From assembly GCA_963805085.1 (NCBI GenBank), contig CAWDTA010000004.1, forward strand, positions 32,001 through 96,000: a stretch of 64,000 bases of DNA. Direction: 5' to 3'. Below, piece by piece: positions 1-8,779 of the stretch. Position numbers and translations under genes: made by a program. This DNA comes from an uncultured Veillonellaceae bacterium (lineage in GTDB: Bacteria > Bacillota > Negativicutes > JARBTT01). Under the pieces are notes generated by a model. The model was not told where the DNA came from. It did not search any database and saw nothing but the letters and a program-made list of their open reading frames with translations. Position 1 is the stretch's first letter. Each line of letters begins with the position of its first letter.

Positions 1-157
1 CTTCTCAAAATAAAAGAAGGCGCTGTTTCAATCAATATCCACAACCAAAAAAAATTGTACAAAACAGTATAATCCGTTAAAATATAGTTTAGGTTCTATT
101 GATTACAGCAGAAAAACAGACTATGTGCTTCTGCAAATCCATGAGAGGGTGATTTTT

Positions 158-1003
158 ATGATCCAGGATATCGGGCCAAAAATATTCAATAATAATTTTA
201 AGCATCAAAAAGCCAAAGTATCTGATGTTTTCCTTTCATATCAGGGAGATACAGTTCTAATAAAAGAAGATAAAGACAAGCTGTGGTACCCGTCTTTTGC
301 CGATTTTCAAGAAAAGTATCCTTCGCTTATAGAGAAAGCACAGTTTCTTTTCACCATCAATGAAATTAATTACTATCTGGCAGATGAACAGGGTCTTGAT
401 TCCGTGGAAGGCTGGATCTATGTAAATGTCCGCCGCTTCCGTTCAGAACCAAAATATTGGCGTTCCTTTGCCGGTGCTGTCGGCTGGCAACTAAACCGCT
501 GGTATGCAGATCATAAATTTTGCAGCAAATGCAAGAATCCTTTGAAAAAATCCGATAAAGAGCGCATGCTCTATTGTGACAGCTGCAATCTTCAGATCTA
601 CCCTAAAATTTCACCAGCAGTCATTGTCGGTGTCTATGATAAAAGCCGTCTCCTTTTAACAAAATATGCTGGAAGAGAACACGTTCGTCATGCACTGATT
701 GCCGGTTTTGCGGAAATCGGAGAAAGCCTCGAACAAACAGTTCATCGTGAAGTACTGGAAGAAGCCGGGCTGAAAGTAAAAAAACTGAAATTTTACAAAA
801 GCCAACCGTGGCCGTTTACAGATACTCTCCTTGCCGGATTTTATGCCGAGCTCGACGGCGATGATGCTATCACACTGGAAACCGATGAGCTTGCACTGGG
901 CATCTGGGTAGAGCGGGAAAACATTCCAATAGAAGACGAACTGCAAATGAGTCTGACCAGCGAAATGATATCCGCCTTCAAAAAAAATGAATTTAATTTA
1001 TAG
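158..1003 (+). CDS. nudC: NAD(+) diphosphatase, NudC family
   Basis: Zn ribbon CSKC..CDSC, Nudix box GFAEIGESLEQTVHREVLEEAG, SQPWPF motif; ATG at 158 follows GAGGGTG. Confidence 0.9.
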   Translation: MIQDIGPKIFNNNFKHQKAKVSDVFLSYQGDTVLIKEDKDKLWYPSFADFQEKYPSLIEKAQFLFTINEINYYLADEQGLDSVEGWIYVNVRRFRSEPKYWRSFAGAVGWQLNRWYADHKFCSKCKNPLKKSDKERMLYCDSCNLQIYPKISPAVIVGVYDKSRLLLTKYAGREHVRHALIAGFAEIGESLEQTVHREVLEEAGLKVKKLKFYKSQPWPFTDTLLAGFYAELDGDDAITLETDELALGIWVERENIPIEDELQMSLTSEMISAFKKNEFNL

Positions 1004-1015
1004 GGTTCTTAATAC

Positions 1016-1049
1016 AAAAGCGACGACTCCTTTCGGAATCGTCGCTTTT
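1016..1049. terminator. Bidirectional intrinsic terminator (copy 1 of the argH terminator)
   Basis: AAAAGCGACGA-ctcctttcggaa-TCGTCGCTTTT hairpin between convergent nudC and argH fragment. Confidence 0.85.
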
Positions 1050-1053
1050 ATTA

Positions 1054-1297
1054 TTATTTGACTTCTACAACTTTTTCATTATAAGCATCAATCACTGCTT
1101 GATGTTTATCCATGATTTTCTCAGCAGTTTTTAAGTTTTGTTCTACTTGTTTGTAGGATGTCCCACCAAATGAATTGCGGTTTTCTACGCAGGTTTCGGC
1201 TTTGATTACTTCTAGGATATCGGCTTCAAATAATGGTGAGAATTGTTTAAATTCCTCTAGGGATAAATCCATCATCCATTTATTGTTTTCAATGCAA
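1054..1297 (-). pseudogene. argH: Duplicated 3' fragment of argH (last ~80 codons)
   Basis: Aligns without gaps to 2808-3051 (offset 1754); 17 substitutions by manual count; no 5' part of the gene. Confidence 0.95.
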
Positions 1298-1299
1298 CA

Positions 1300-1455
1300 G
1301 GTACAAGGGGACAGGTTATTTGTCCCACACTCATTTTTTGATCATCAGAAGTTTTGAATATTCCCTATTCTCTTTATAACATTGAAATAACTCTAACTTA
1401 TAACCTAAATAAATTCCGTTTTACAGGGGATAGGAAACCTGTCCCCTTATTCCCA
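1300..1455. repeat. REP-like inverted doublet of GGGACAGG-type palindromes
   Basis: AAGGGGACAGGTTatttGTCCC on + at ~1305-1326 and AAGGGGACAGGTTtcctATCCCC on - at ~1427-1449; shared 13-mer in inverted orientation. Confidence 0.6.
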
Positions 1456-1609
1456 ACTATCTAACTAGGATTTTTACTAATCTTTTTATTTCTAAATTAC
1501 GGATAAGCAATACCTATTTAACATTATAAACTTATTTCTCAAAAATACACAAAACTCCTACCAAACCAACAAAGCACAGCAAAAACAAACAAATTTATCC
1601 AATATTTAA

Positions 1610-1638
1610 GAAGGAAATATTATAGAAAGGCAGAATAT
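1610..1638 (+). promoter_or_regulatory. Sigma-H-like promoter of the HNH gene
   Basis: GAAGGAAAT-11 nt-GCAGAATAT matches the Bacillus SigH consensus RNAGGAWWW-N11/12-RNNGAATWW. Confidence 0.5.
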
Positions 1639-1666
1639 GGTATATATTGTGATTGGAGGTAATTAA

Positions 1667-2332
1667 ATGAATATAGTTGAAATGAATTTTGAACTGGTCA
1701 AAGAACTCGAAAACTCTTTAAAAACCGCTATCCGCTATAATAATGGAGATATGATGTATAAGATAGTTACACGTTACCTTGATAAGTATAAAGATCATTA
1801 TAGTTATGATACTATAATACACTACATATATTGGTGTACAAAATTTAAAATAACTACTTTAAATCGCATTTTGGGTTATACTGGAGATAATCGTACATAC
1901 TTAATAGATCAAGGGCTGATTGAAAAACAAATTTATAAAAGCAAATGTAATATATGTGGAAAAAATCAAAAAATTGAGGTTAGTAGCAGAAGAGAATTAG
2001 GGGACTTAAAAAGGAATCCTAAAACTTATATATGTAACGAGTGTGAATTAGACATAGATGCATGCAGTAATTTTTACTATGAATATTCAAAAAACAAAAA
2101 TTTGAAAAGAAAAGAAATTAACGAAAACTTTTACAATGATTATCTGAGAAGTGAGCATTGGAAAAAAGTTCGGTCTGAGGCATTAACTGCCTCAGACAAT
2201 AAATGTCTATTATGTTCATCCAAGCAAGATCTTAATGTGCATCATAAAACTCATGCTACTATAAGAAAAGAATCTTTAAATGATTTAATAGTACTTTGTG
2301 ATACATGCCATCGTAAACATCATTTTGGGTGA
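1667..2332 (+). CDS. Zn-ribbon plus C-terminal HNH endonuclease domain protein
   Basis: CNIC..CNEC pair, then YLRSEHWKKVR..CLLC..LNVHH..LIVLCDTCHRKHH; RBS GGAGGT; AT-rich. Confidence 0.8.
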   Translation: MNIVEMNFELVKELENSLKTAIRYNNGDMMYKIVTRYLDKYKDHYSYDTIIHYIYWCTKFKITTLNRILGYTGDNRTYLIDQGLIEKQIYKSKCNICGKNQKIEVSSRRELGDLKRNPKTYICNECELDIDACSNFYYEYSKNKNLKRKEINENFYNDYLRSEHWKKVRSEALTASDNKCLLCSSKQDLNVHHKTHATIRKESLNDLIVLCDTCHRKHHFG

Positions 2333-2416
2333 AAACATCCAAATTGGGTAGCCCAGACAATTTTGTGTAAATTGAGTTTCCTTTTTAATCAAATAGTGCC
2401 ACATTACTATTTATCC

Positions 2417-2446
2417 TTGCAATATTTTGACATTATTTGTTATAAT
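2417..2446 (+). promoter_or_regulatory. Sigma-A promoter of putative toxin mRNA
   Basis: TTGCAA-18 nt-TATAAT with extended -10 TGnTATAAT. Confidence 0.7.
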
Positions 2447-2507
2447 GCAAATAGGTGCTACGATAACGGCAGGCGGTTCACCTTCCCCACTGAAATGGGG
2501 TGAGCAT

Positions 2508-2579
2508 ATGGGAACTATGGAGCTTTATGTATTACTAATACTAGCTACAGGTTACATTATCGCAATAAAAAAAAGATAA
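2508..2579 (+). CDS. Putative type I toxin, 23-aa hydrophobic peptide MGTMELYVLLILATGYIIAIKKR
   Basis: Translated by hand (below ORF-track cutoff); one hydrophobic segment plus basic tail; SD GGGGTGA held in CCCCA/TGGGG hairpin. Confidence 0.75.
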   Translation: MGTMELYVLLILATGYIIAIKKR

Positions 2580-2671
2580 CCGCCCCATCCAGCAAGATTA
2601 GCGGTTAAACTCTTTTGATTTAATCTCTATATTTTTGTCAGGTGAACCGTCTATCGGTAGCACCTTTTATA
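2567..2671 (-). ncRNA. Putative cis-antisense antitoxin RNA (~105 nt)
   Basis: Minus-strand TTGACA-17-TATGAT promoter; ends in TAACCGC/GCGGTTA stem followed by U-run; overlaps 3' end of toxin mRNA. Confidence 0.7.
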
Positions 2672-2677
2672 TTGTTT

Positions 2678-2706
2678 ATCATAAACCAAATGTTATACAT
2701 TGTCAA
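2678..2706 (-). promoter_or_regulatory. Sigma-A promoter of antisense RNA
   Basis: TTGACA (2706-2701), 17-nt spacer, TATGAT (2683-2678). Confidence 0.7.
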
Positions 2707-2769
2707 CAGCTGGGAGCAACACTTTCAGGCTATTTCTTAGAATACAAAGAGTAGAAAAAATCTTATAAC

Positions 2770-2806
2770 AAAAGCGACGACTCCTTTCGGAATCGTCGCT
2801 CTTTTT
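2770..2806 (-). terminator. arg operon terminator (copy 2)
   Basis: Same AGCGACGA/TCGTCGCT hairpin as 1016-1049, right after the argH stop. Confidence 0.85.
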
Positions 2807-2807
2807 A

Positions 2808-4232
2808 TTATTTCACTTCTACAACTTTTTCATTATAAGCATCAATCACAGCTTGATGTTTACCCATGATTTCCTCAGCAGTTTTTAAGTTTTGTTCTAC
2901 TTGTTTGTAGGAAGTACCACCAAAGGAATTGCGATTTTCAACGCAGGTTTCTGCTTTGATTGCTTCTAAGATATCGGCTTCAAATAATGGCGAGAATTGT
3001 TTAAATTCTTCTAAGGATAAATCCAGCAGCCATTTATTGTTTTCAATGCAATAGTGAACGCTTTTACCTGATACTTCATGGGCTTGTCTAAATGGCAAGC
3101 CTTTTTTCACGAGGTAATCTGCTAAATCTGTTGCATTGGAGAAATCTTCTCTGACTGCCGATAACATGACATCTTTGTTTACACGCATTGCTTTGATCAT
3201 TTGCGCATAGACACTTAGGCTGAATTTTACCGTATCAATGGTATCAAACAAGCCTTCTTTATCTTCTTGTAAATCCTTATTATAGGCAAGTGGTAAACCT
3301 TTTGCTGTCGTAAGCATCGCCATAAGATGACCGATTACCCGGCCAGTTTTACCTCTAACAAGCTCAGACACATCAGGATTTTTCTTTTGTGGCATCATAC
3401 TTGAACCAGTGCAATGTGCATCGTCAAGTTCAACAAAAGAAAATTCTTTTGAACACCATAAAATAATTTCTTCACTGATACGGCTAAGGTGCATCATTAA
3501 GATAGATGCAAAGGATAAAAATTCTAAGATATAGTCGCGATCACTTACAGCGTCTAAGCTATTGTTATATACCGCACCAAAGTTTAACTGCTCCGCTACA
3601 AAATGTCTATCGATAGGAAATGTCGTACCAGCAAGTGCGCCAGCTCCTAACGGCATGATATCAGCGCGTTCATAAACCCCTTGCAAACGAGAAAAATCTC
3701 GGTTTAGCATGGAGAAGTAGGCAAGTAAATGATGCGAGAATAAAATAGGTTGGGCACGTTGTAAGTGCGTGTAGCCTGGCATGATCACATCAGAATTCTT
3801 TTCTGCAGTCTCTACCAAGGCTTTTTCCATATCTAGAAGAATCTTTGCGATATTGGCCACTTCTTTACGTACATACATGTGGGTATCAAGGGCAACTTGG
3901 TCGTTACGGCTACGCGCGGTATGAAGTCTACCGCCTGCTTCGCCGATGCGATCTGTTAAGCGTTTTTCAATATTCATATGGATATCTTCGAGGGCAACTT
4001 CAAAAGAGAAGTTGCCTGCCTCAATATCGGCTAATATGCCTTTTAATCCATCAACGATTGCGTCTTTATCTTGCTCGGAGATAATACCGCACTTTGCAAG
4101 CATGGTTGCATGGGCGATAGAACCCGTGATATCTTCATGATACATACGTTTATCAAACGAGATGGACGCTTGGAATTCGTTGATCATTTCATCGGTTGTT
4201 TTTGAAAATCTTCCCCCCCAGAGTTTGCCCAT
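2808..4232 (-). CDS. argH: Argininosuccinate lyase
   Basis: KLWGGRF N-terminus, [11 protein letters not shown] signature. Confidence 0.98.
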   Translation of the reverse strand: MGKLWGGRFSKTTDEMINEFQASISFDKRMYHEDITGSIAHATMLAKCGIISEQDKDAIVDGLKGILADIEAGNFSFEVALEDIHMNIEKRLTDRIGEAGGRLHTARSRNDQVALDTHMYVRKEVANIAKILLDMEKALVETAEKNSDVIMPGYTHLQRAQPILFSHHLLAYFSMLNRDFSRLQGVYERADIMPLGAGALAGTTFPIDRHFVAEQLNFGAVYNNSLDAVSDRDYILEFLSFASILMMHLSRISEEIILWCSKEFSFVELDDAHCTGSSMMPQKKNPDVSELVRGKTGRVIGHLMAMLTTAKGLPLAYNKDLQEDKEGLFDTIDTVKFSLSVYAQMIKAMRVNKDVMLSAVREDFSNATDLADYLVKKGLPFRQAHEVSGKSVHYCIENNKWLLDLSLEEFKQFSPLFEADILEAIKAETCVENRNSFGGTSYKQVEQNLKTAEEIMGKHQAVIDAYNEKVVEVK

Positions 4233-5443
4233 TATTTACCTACTTTTTGCTGCATTAAGGCTCTAACTTTAAGTGGTAAACCAAATAAGTTAATGAAGCC
4301 TTCTGCATCGGCTTGATTATAAACTTCATCGCGTTCGAAAGTAACAAATTCTTCACTATATAAGGAATATGGTGATTTTGCCCCAGCGGACATGATGTTA
4401 CCTTTGTAAAGTTTTACGCGAACTGTACCAGTTACAGTTTCTTGTGTTTGTTTTACAAAAGCATCTAAAGCTTCACGAAGCTGTGAGAACCACATACCAT
4501 CATATACGAGCTCCCCATAACGAATTGCCACGCCTTCTTTATAATGAAGCATCGCACGGTCTAAGCATAAATATTCTAATTCACGGTGTGCATAATAAAG
4601 GATTGCTCCGCCTGGATTTTCGTATACGCCACGAGATTTCATCCCAACAAGACGGTTTTCAACGATATCAGTAATACCAACACCATTGGCTGCACCAAGT
4701 TCATTTAATTTTGTAAGTAATGCAACAGCATCCATTTTTACACCATCAACAGCAACTGGGATACCTTTTTCAAAGTCCACTGTAACATAAGTTGCTTTAT
4801 CTGGAGCTTGTTCAGGCGCTTTTGATACTAAGTACATTTCATCTTTTGGTGCATTCCAAGGATTTTCAAGATCGGAACCTTCATGGCTTAAATGCCAGAT
4901 ATTACGGTCCATGCTGTAGGTTTTATTGCTAGTTGCTACTGGAATATTGTGTTTTTTTGCATAGGCAATTGCATCTTCACGAGAACGAATATCCCATAAA
5001 CGCCAAGGCGCAACAATTTTCAACTGAGGAGCCAATGCTTTTACTGTTAATTCGAAACGAACTTGGTCATTTCCTTTACCAGTTGCACCATGTGCAATTG
5101 CATCTGCGCCTTCTTTTTCAGCGATTTCTACTAATTTTTTTGCAATGAGTGGACGAGCAAATGAAGTACCTAATAGATATTTGCCTTCATATACTGCACC
5201 AGCTTGCAATGTTGGCCATACATACTCTTCTAAGAAAGGTTTTGTTAAATTCTCGATATATACTTTGCTAGCACCAGAAGCAAGCGCTTTGTCATGCACT
5301 ACGTTAAGTTCATCACCTTGCCCGATATCAGCACACATTGCTATAACTTCACAACCATTATAGTTTTCTTTTAACCAAGGAATGATAACTGATGTATCAA
5401 GTCCTCCGGAATATGCCAATACTACTTTTTTAATATCGCCCAT
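4232..5443 (-). CDS. argG: Argininosuccinate synthase
   Basis: [23 protein letters not shown] motifs. Confidence 0.98.
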   Translation of the reverse strand: MGDIKKVVLAYSGGLDTSVIIPWLKENYNGCEVIAMCADIGQGDELNVVHDKALASGASKVYIENLTKPFLEEYVWPTLQAGAVYEGKYLLGTSFARPLIAKKLVEIAEKEGADAIAHGATGKGNDQVRFELTVKALAPQLKIVAPWRLWDIRSREDAIAYAKKHNIPVATSNKTYSMDRNIWHLSHEGSDLENPWNAPKDEMYLVSKAPEQAPDKATYVTVDFEKGIPVAVDGVKMDAVALLTKLNELGAANGVGITDIVENRLVGMKSRGVYENPGGAILYYAHRELEYLCLDRAMLHYKEGVAIRYGELVYDGMWFSQLREALDAFVKQTQETVTGTVRVKLYKGNIMSAGAKSPYSLYSEEFVTFERDEVYNQADAEGFINLFGLPLKVRALMQQKVGK

Positions 5444-5475
5444 TTTTTCCACTCCTCTTAATATCTGTTAAAAAT

Positions 5476-5607
5476 TTATCCGATAACTAACTCGCTCTAA
5501 TACTCCCTCTTTTGCAAGCGGTGAGTAAATAGCGACTAAGTCCCTGGATAATTGCGACTAAAATTCAGGCGGCGTTAAAACGCTCTCTGAACTAAGTCTC
5601 CATTTAT
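5476..5607. repeat. Structured ~130-bp intergenic element, possibly a non-autonomous IS200/IS605-type remnant
   Basis: TTAT at both ends; nested stems TTATCC/GGATAA, TCGCT/AGCGA, TACTC/GAGTA, TTCAG..GCGTT/AACGC..CTGAA; family assignment is by recalled resemblance only. Confidence 0.4.
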
Positions 5608-5619
5608 GTCAAGTCGGCA

Positions 5620-6549
5620 TTAATCGCACATGGTAAGTGCCATAATTGCTTTTTGAACATGCAAACGATTTTCTGCTTCATCAAAAATAACATCTTGATA
5701 TTTTTCAAGCACTTCTTCGGAAATTTCTTCGCCACGATGTGCTGGTAAACAATGAAGTACGATAGCAGATTTTGCTGCGACTTCCATCAACTTGCTATTG
5801 ATTTGATAGTCTTTGAAGATCTTACAACGTTCTTCATGCTCTTCTTCTTGCCCCATGCTAGCCCATACATCGGTATAAAGGACGTCGGCATCTTGGGCTG
5901 CTTCATAAATATCATTGACTACTGTAATCGAACCACCGGCTCTTTTGGCATCTTCTATTGCTTTCGCTAACACGTCAGCATTGGGTTTACACCCTTTTGG
6001 CGTTGCTACAACAAAATGCATACCAACCTTCGCACAACCATACATTAAAGAATGTACCATGTTGTTACAATCACCAATATAAGCAAGTTTTAACCCTTTT
6101 AATTGTTCGCTTTTATGCTCTTGTATCGTAAGTAAATCAGTTAATACCTGACAAGGGTGCAGTAAATCCGTTAAGCCATTGATGACTGGAATATCTGCAT
6201 ACTTCGCAAATTCTTCTACATCTGAATGAGCAAAGGTACGAATCATTACCCCATCAAGATATCTTGACATTACTCTAGCTGTATCTTTAATTGGCTCACC
6301 ACGACCGATTTGCAAGTCATGACCAGATAAAAATAAGGCACTGCCGCCTAATTGATACATACCAACTTCAAAGGACAAGCGCGTACGGGTTGATGATTTT
6401 TGAAAAATCATGCCTAACGTTTTTCCTTTTAATAGATGATGTTCAATACCCGCTTTTTGTTTTGCTTTTAAGTCTTTTGCTACATCTAAAATTTTATACA
6501 CTTCTTCAGTTGTCAGATCGTGTATAGATAGCAAATCTCTACCTTTCAT
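5620..6549 (-). CDS. argF: Ornithine carbamoyltransferase
   Basis: STRTR, HPCQ, HCLP motifs. Confidence 0.97.
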   Translation of the reverse strand: MKGRDLLSIHDLTTEEVYKILDVAKDLKAKQKAGIEHHLLKGKTLGMIFQKSSTRTRLSFEVGMYQLGGSALFLSGHDLQIGRGEPIKDTARVMSRYLDGVMIRTFAHSDVEEFAKYADIPVINGLTDLLHPCQVLTDLLTIQEHKSEQLKGLKLAYIGDCNNMVHSLMYGCAKVGMHFVVATPKGCKPNADVLAKAIEDAKRAGGSITVVNDIYEAAQDADVLYTDVWASMGQEEEHEERCKIFKDYQINSKLMEVAAKSAIVLHCLPAHRGEEISEEVLEKYQDVIFDEAENRLHVQKAIMALTMCD

Positions 6550-6604
6550 CCTAAAACCCCCATACGAAACCATTATACCATGATAAATCAGTTCAAAGTT
6601 ACAA

Positions 6605-7798
6605 TTACTGATTTTTTTCTAATGTTTTATCTAAAATTGTAATCAATTCATCGACATTGTCTTTATTAATAATGAGCGGTGGTACAAAACGAAGTACAGT
6701 TTCAGCCGTACAATTGATAATTGCTCCAGCTTCTAGGCATTCGTTCACAATTTGACGACCTGGTTTAGTAAGCTGCATCCCGATGATCAAGCCCATGCCA
6801 CGCACCTCTGTAATAAGTGCAGGATATTTTTCCTGTAAAGCTTTAAGTTTTGTTGTTAAATATGCACCAATTGCTTTCGTATTGGAAAGCAGATGTTCAC
6901 TTTCAATCGTATCTAGCGTTACATTTGCCGCTGCACAAGCCAGTGGATTACCGCCAAATGTAGATCCATGATCACCAGCGTGGAAAACAGCTGCCACTTT
7001 ATTGCTTGCAATAAATGCGCCGATTGCTACCCCGCCTGCTAAGCCTTTGGCAAGGGTCACGATATCTGGCTTAATCCCAAATTGTTCATAAGCAAACATC
7101 GTACCAGTTCTGCCAATACCAGTTTGGATTTCGTCTAAGATTAAAAGCGCACCGTATTGATTACAAAGTGCACGAACTTTTTTGAGGTAATCTTGTTCTG
7201 GAATATTTACGCCGCCTTCACCTTGAATCGGTTCTAGCATAACTGCACAAGTTTTTTCGCTCATCATCGCGGTGAGAGCATCGATATCGTTGTAGTCTAC
7301 ATATTTAAAATCAGCTGGCAATGGATCAAAACCTTTTTGGTATTTCGGTTGTGCCGTTGCTGTTAGTGTAGCAAGGGTACGACCATGAAAACCATGCCAC
7401 GCTGTGATTATTTCCGATTTATCTGGGCTGATATTATGCGCATATTTACGCGCTAATTTGATTGCTCCTTCATTTGCTTCTGCACCAGAATTGCCTAAAA
7501 AAGCTTTTCCTAGACCACTAAGCTTTACAAGCTTTTCAGCTAATGTCGCTTGCGCTTCTGTGTAATAAAGATTGGAACAATGAATTACTTTACCGGCTTG
7601 CTCAGCAATTGCTTTAACAAGTGCAGGATGCGCATGCCCCAATACATTTACCGCAATACCGCCTAGATAATCAATATATTTTTTGCCGTCTGTATCGTAT
7701 ACATATGGCCCTTCACCATGGGAAATTACCATTTGATATCTGGCAAAGACCGGCATATAGTAGTCTTTATCTTTTTGATAAATTTCTTCATTTGTCAT
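6605..7798 (-). CDS. argD: Acetylornithine aminotransferase
   Basis: Class III PLP aminotransferase (DEIQTGIGRTG, TLAKGL) in arg operon. Confidence 0.95.
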   Translation of the reverse strand: MTNEEIYQKDKDYYMPVFARYQMVISHGEGPYVYDTDGKKYIDYLGGIAVNVLGHAHPALVKAIAEQAGKVIHCSNLYYTEAQATLAEKLVKLSGLGKAFLGNSGAEANEGAIKLARKYAHNISPDKSEIITAWHGFHGRTLATLTATAQPKYQKGFDPLPADFKYVDYNDIDALTAMMSEKTCAVMLEPIQGEGGVNIPEQDYLKKVRALCNQYGALLILDEIQTGIGRTGTMFAYEQFGIKPDIVTLAKGLAGGVAIGAFIASNKVAAVFHAGDHGSTFGGNPLACAAANVTLDTIESEHLLSNTKAIGAYLTTKLKALQEKYPALITEVRGMGLIIGMQLTKPGRQIVNECLEAGAIINCTAETVLRFVPPLIINKDNVDELITILDKTLEKNQ

Positions 7799-7812
7799 TT
7801 TAAGTGACCTCC

Positions 7813-8700
7813 TTATTTTACAACTTGCGTACCAATTCCTTGTGGTGTAAACACTTCTAAAATTAAGGAATGTGGTTGACGTCCATCAATGATATGGGTT
7901 TTCCCTGTCCCAGCCTCTAGTGAACTTAAGCAAGCTTCCACTTTTGGAATCATCCCACCAGCGATAGTGCCAGCTTCAATCATTTTACGAGCATCGACTT
8001 GTTTTAACGACGAAATAAACGTGCTCTTATCGTTATAATCGCCGTAGATACCTTCGATATCCGTAAGGAGTAACAATTTTTCCGCTTTTAACGCCCCAGC
8101 AACTTCTGCTGCAACGTAGTCAGCATTGATATTGAAACTTTCATTATTTTGACCAACACCGATTGGCGCGATGACTGGAATATAATCTTTATCTAATAAA
8201 TCATTTAAAATATTGGTATTAATCTTCGTAACCTCACCCACAAAACCAATATCAACCGTGCGGGTTGTACCATTTTCATGAACAACAGCATATTTTTTCT
8301 TGGCTTTGATTAATTCTGCATCTTTACCACTTAAACCGACAGCTTTCACACCAGCATGGTTGAGCAGACTCACGATTTCTGTATTGATCTTACCAACGAG
8401 CACCATCTCAGCCAGTTCCGCTGTTTCTTTATCAGTAACTCGCAGACCACTAACAAATTCACTCTGTTTGCCAATCTTTTTCAAGAAATTAGTAATATCA
8501 GGGCCGCCACCATGGACTACAACTGGTCGCATCCCAACGTATTTCATCAGCACGATATCTTGAATTACTTGCTCTTTTAATTCGTGACTAACCATAGCAT
8601 TACCGCCGTATTTTATTACAATCGTTTTGCCATAAAATTCTTGTATATAAGGCAGTGCTTCTACCAATATGCTCGCTTTATCAGCCGGCGTAAAACTCAT
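7813..8700 (-). CDS. argB: Acetylglutamate kinase
   Basis: IKYGGNAM, HGGGP, GGMIPK motifs. Confidence 0.97.
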   Translation of the reverse strand: MSFTPADKASILVEALPYIQEFYGKTIVIKYGGNAMVSHELKEQVIQDIVLMKYVGMRPVVVHGGGPDITNFLKKIGKQSEFVSGLRVTDKETAELAEMVLVGKINTEIVSLLNHAGVKAVGLSGKDAELIKAKKKYAVVHENGTTRTVDIGFVGEVTKINTNILNDLLDKDYIPVIAPIGVGQNNESFNINADYVAAEVAGALKAEKLLLLTDIEGIYGDYNDKSTFISSLKQVDARKMIEAGTIAGGMIPKVEACLSSLEAGTGKTHIIDGRQPHSLILEVFTPQGIGTQVVK

Positions 8701-8779
8701 CGACATAACCTCCAAAATATCAAGTAAGACTGCTACAAAATGCTTTGTAACAGTCCTATTGTCTTCTATAAACTAGTCA

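Noticed and set aside
1054-1275. 73-aa ORF as an independent small protein
   Set aside because: It is the duplicated argH tail; its ATGs correspond to CTG codons in argH and there is no evident RBS.
2453-2665. Structured RNA next to an HNH gene read as an OMEGA/HEARO-type guide RNA or riboswitch
   Set aside because: The protein shows no RuvC or PLMP motifs, and the RNA is fully explained by a peptide ORF, sequestered SD and convergent antisense promoter.
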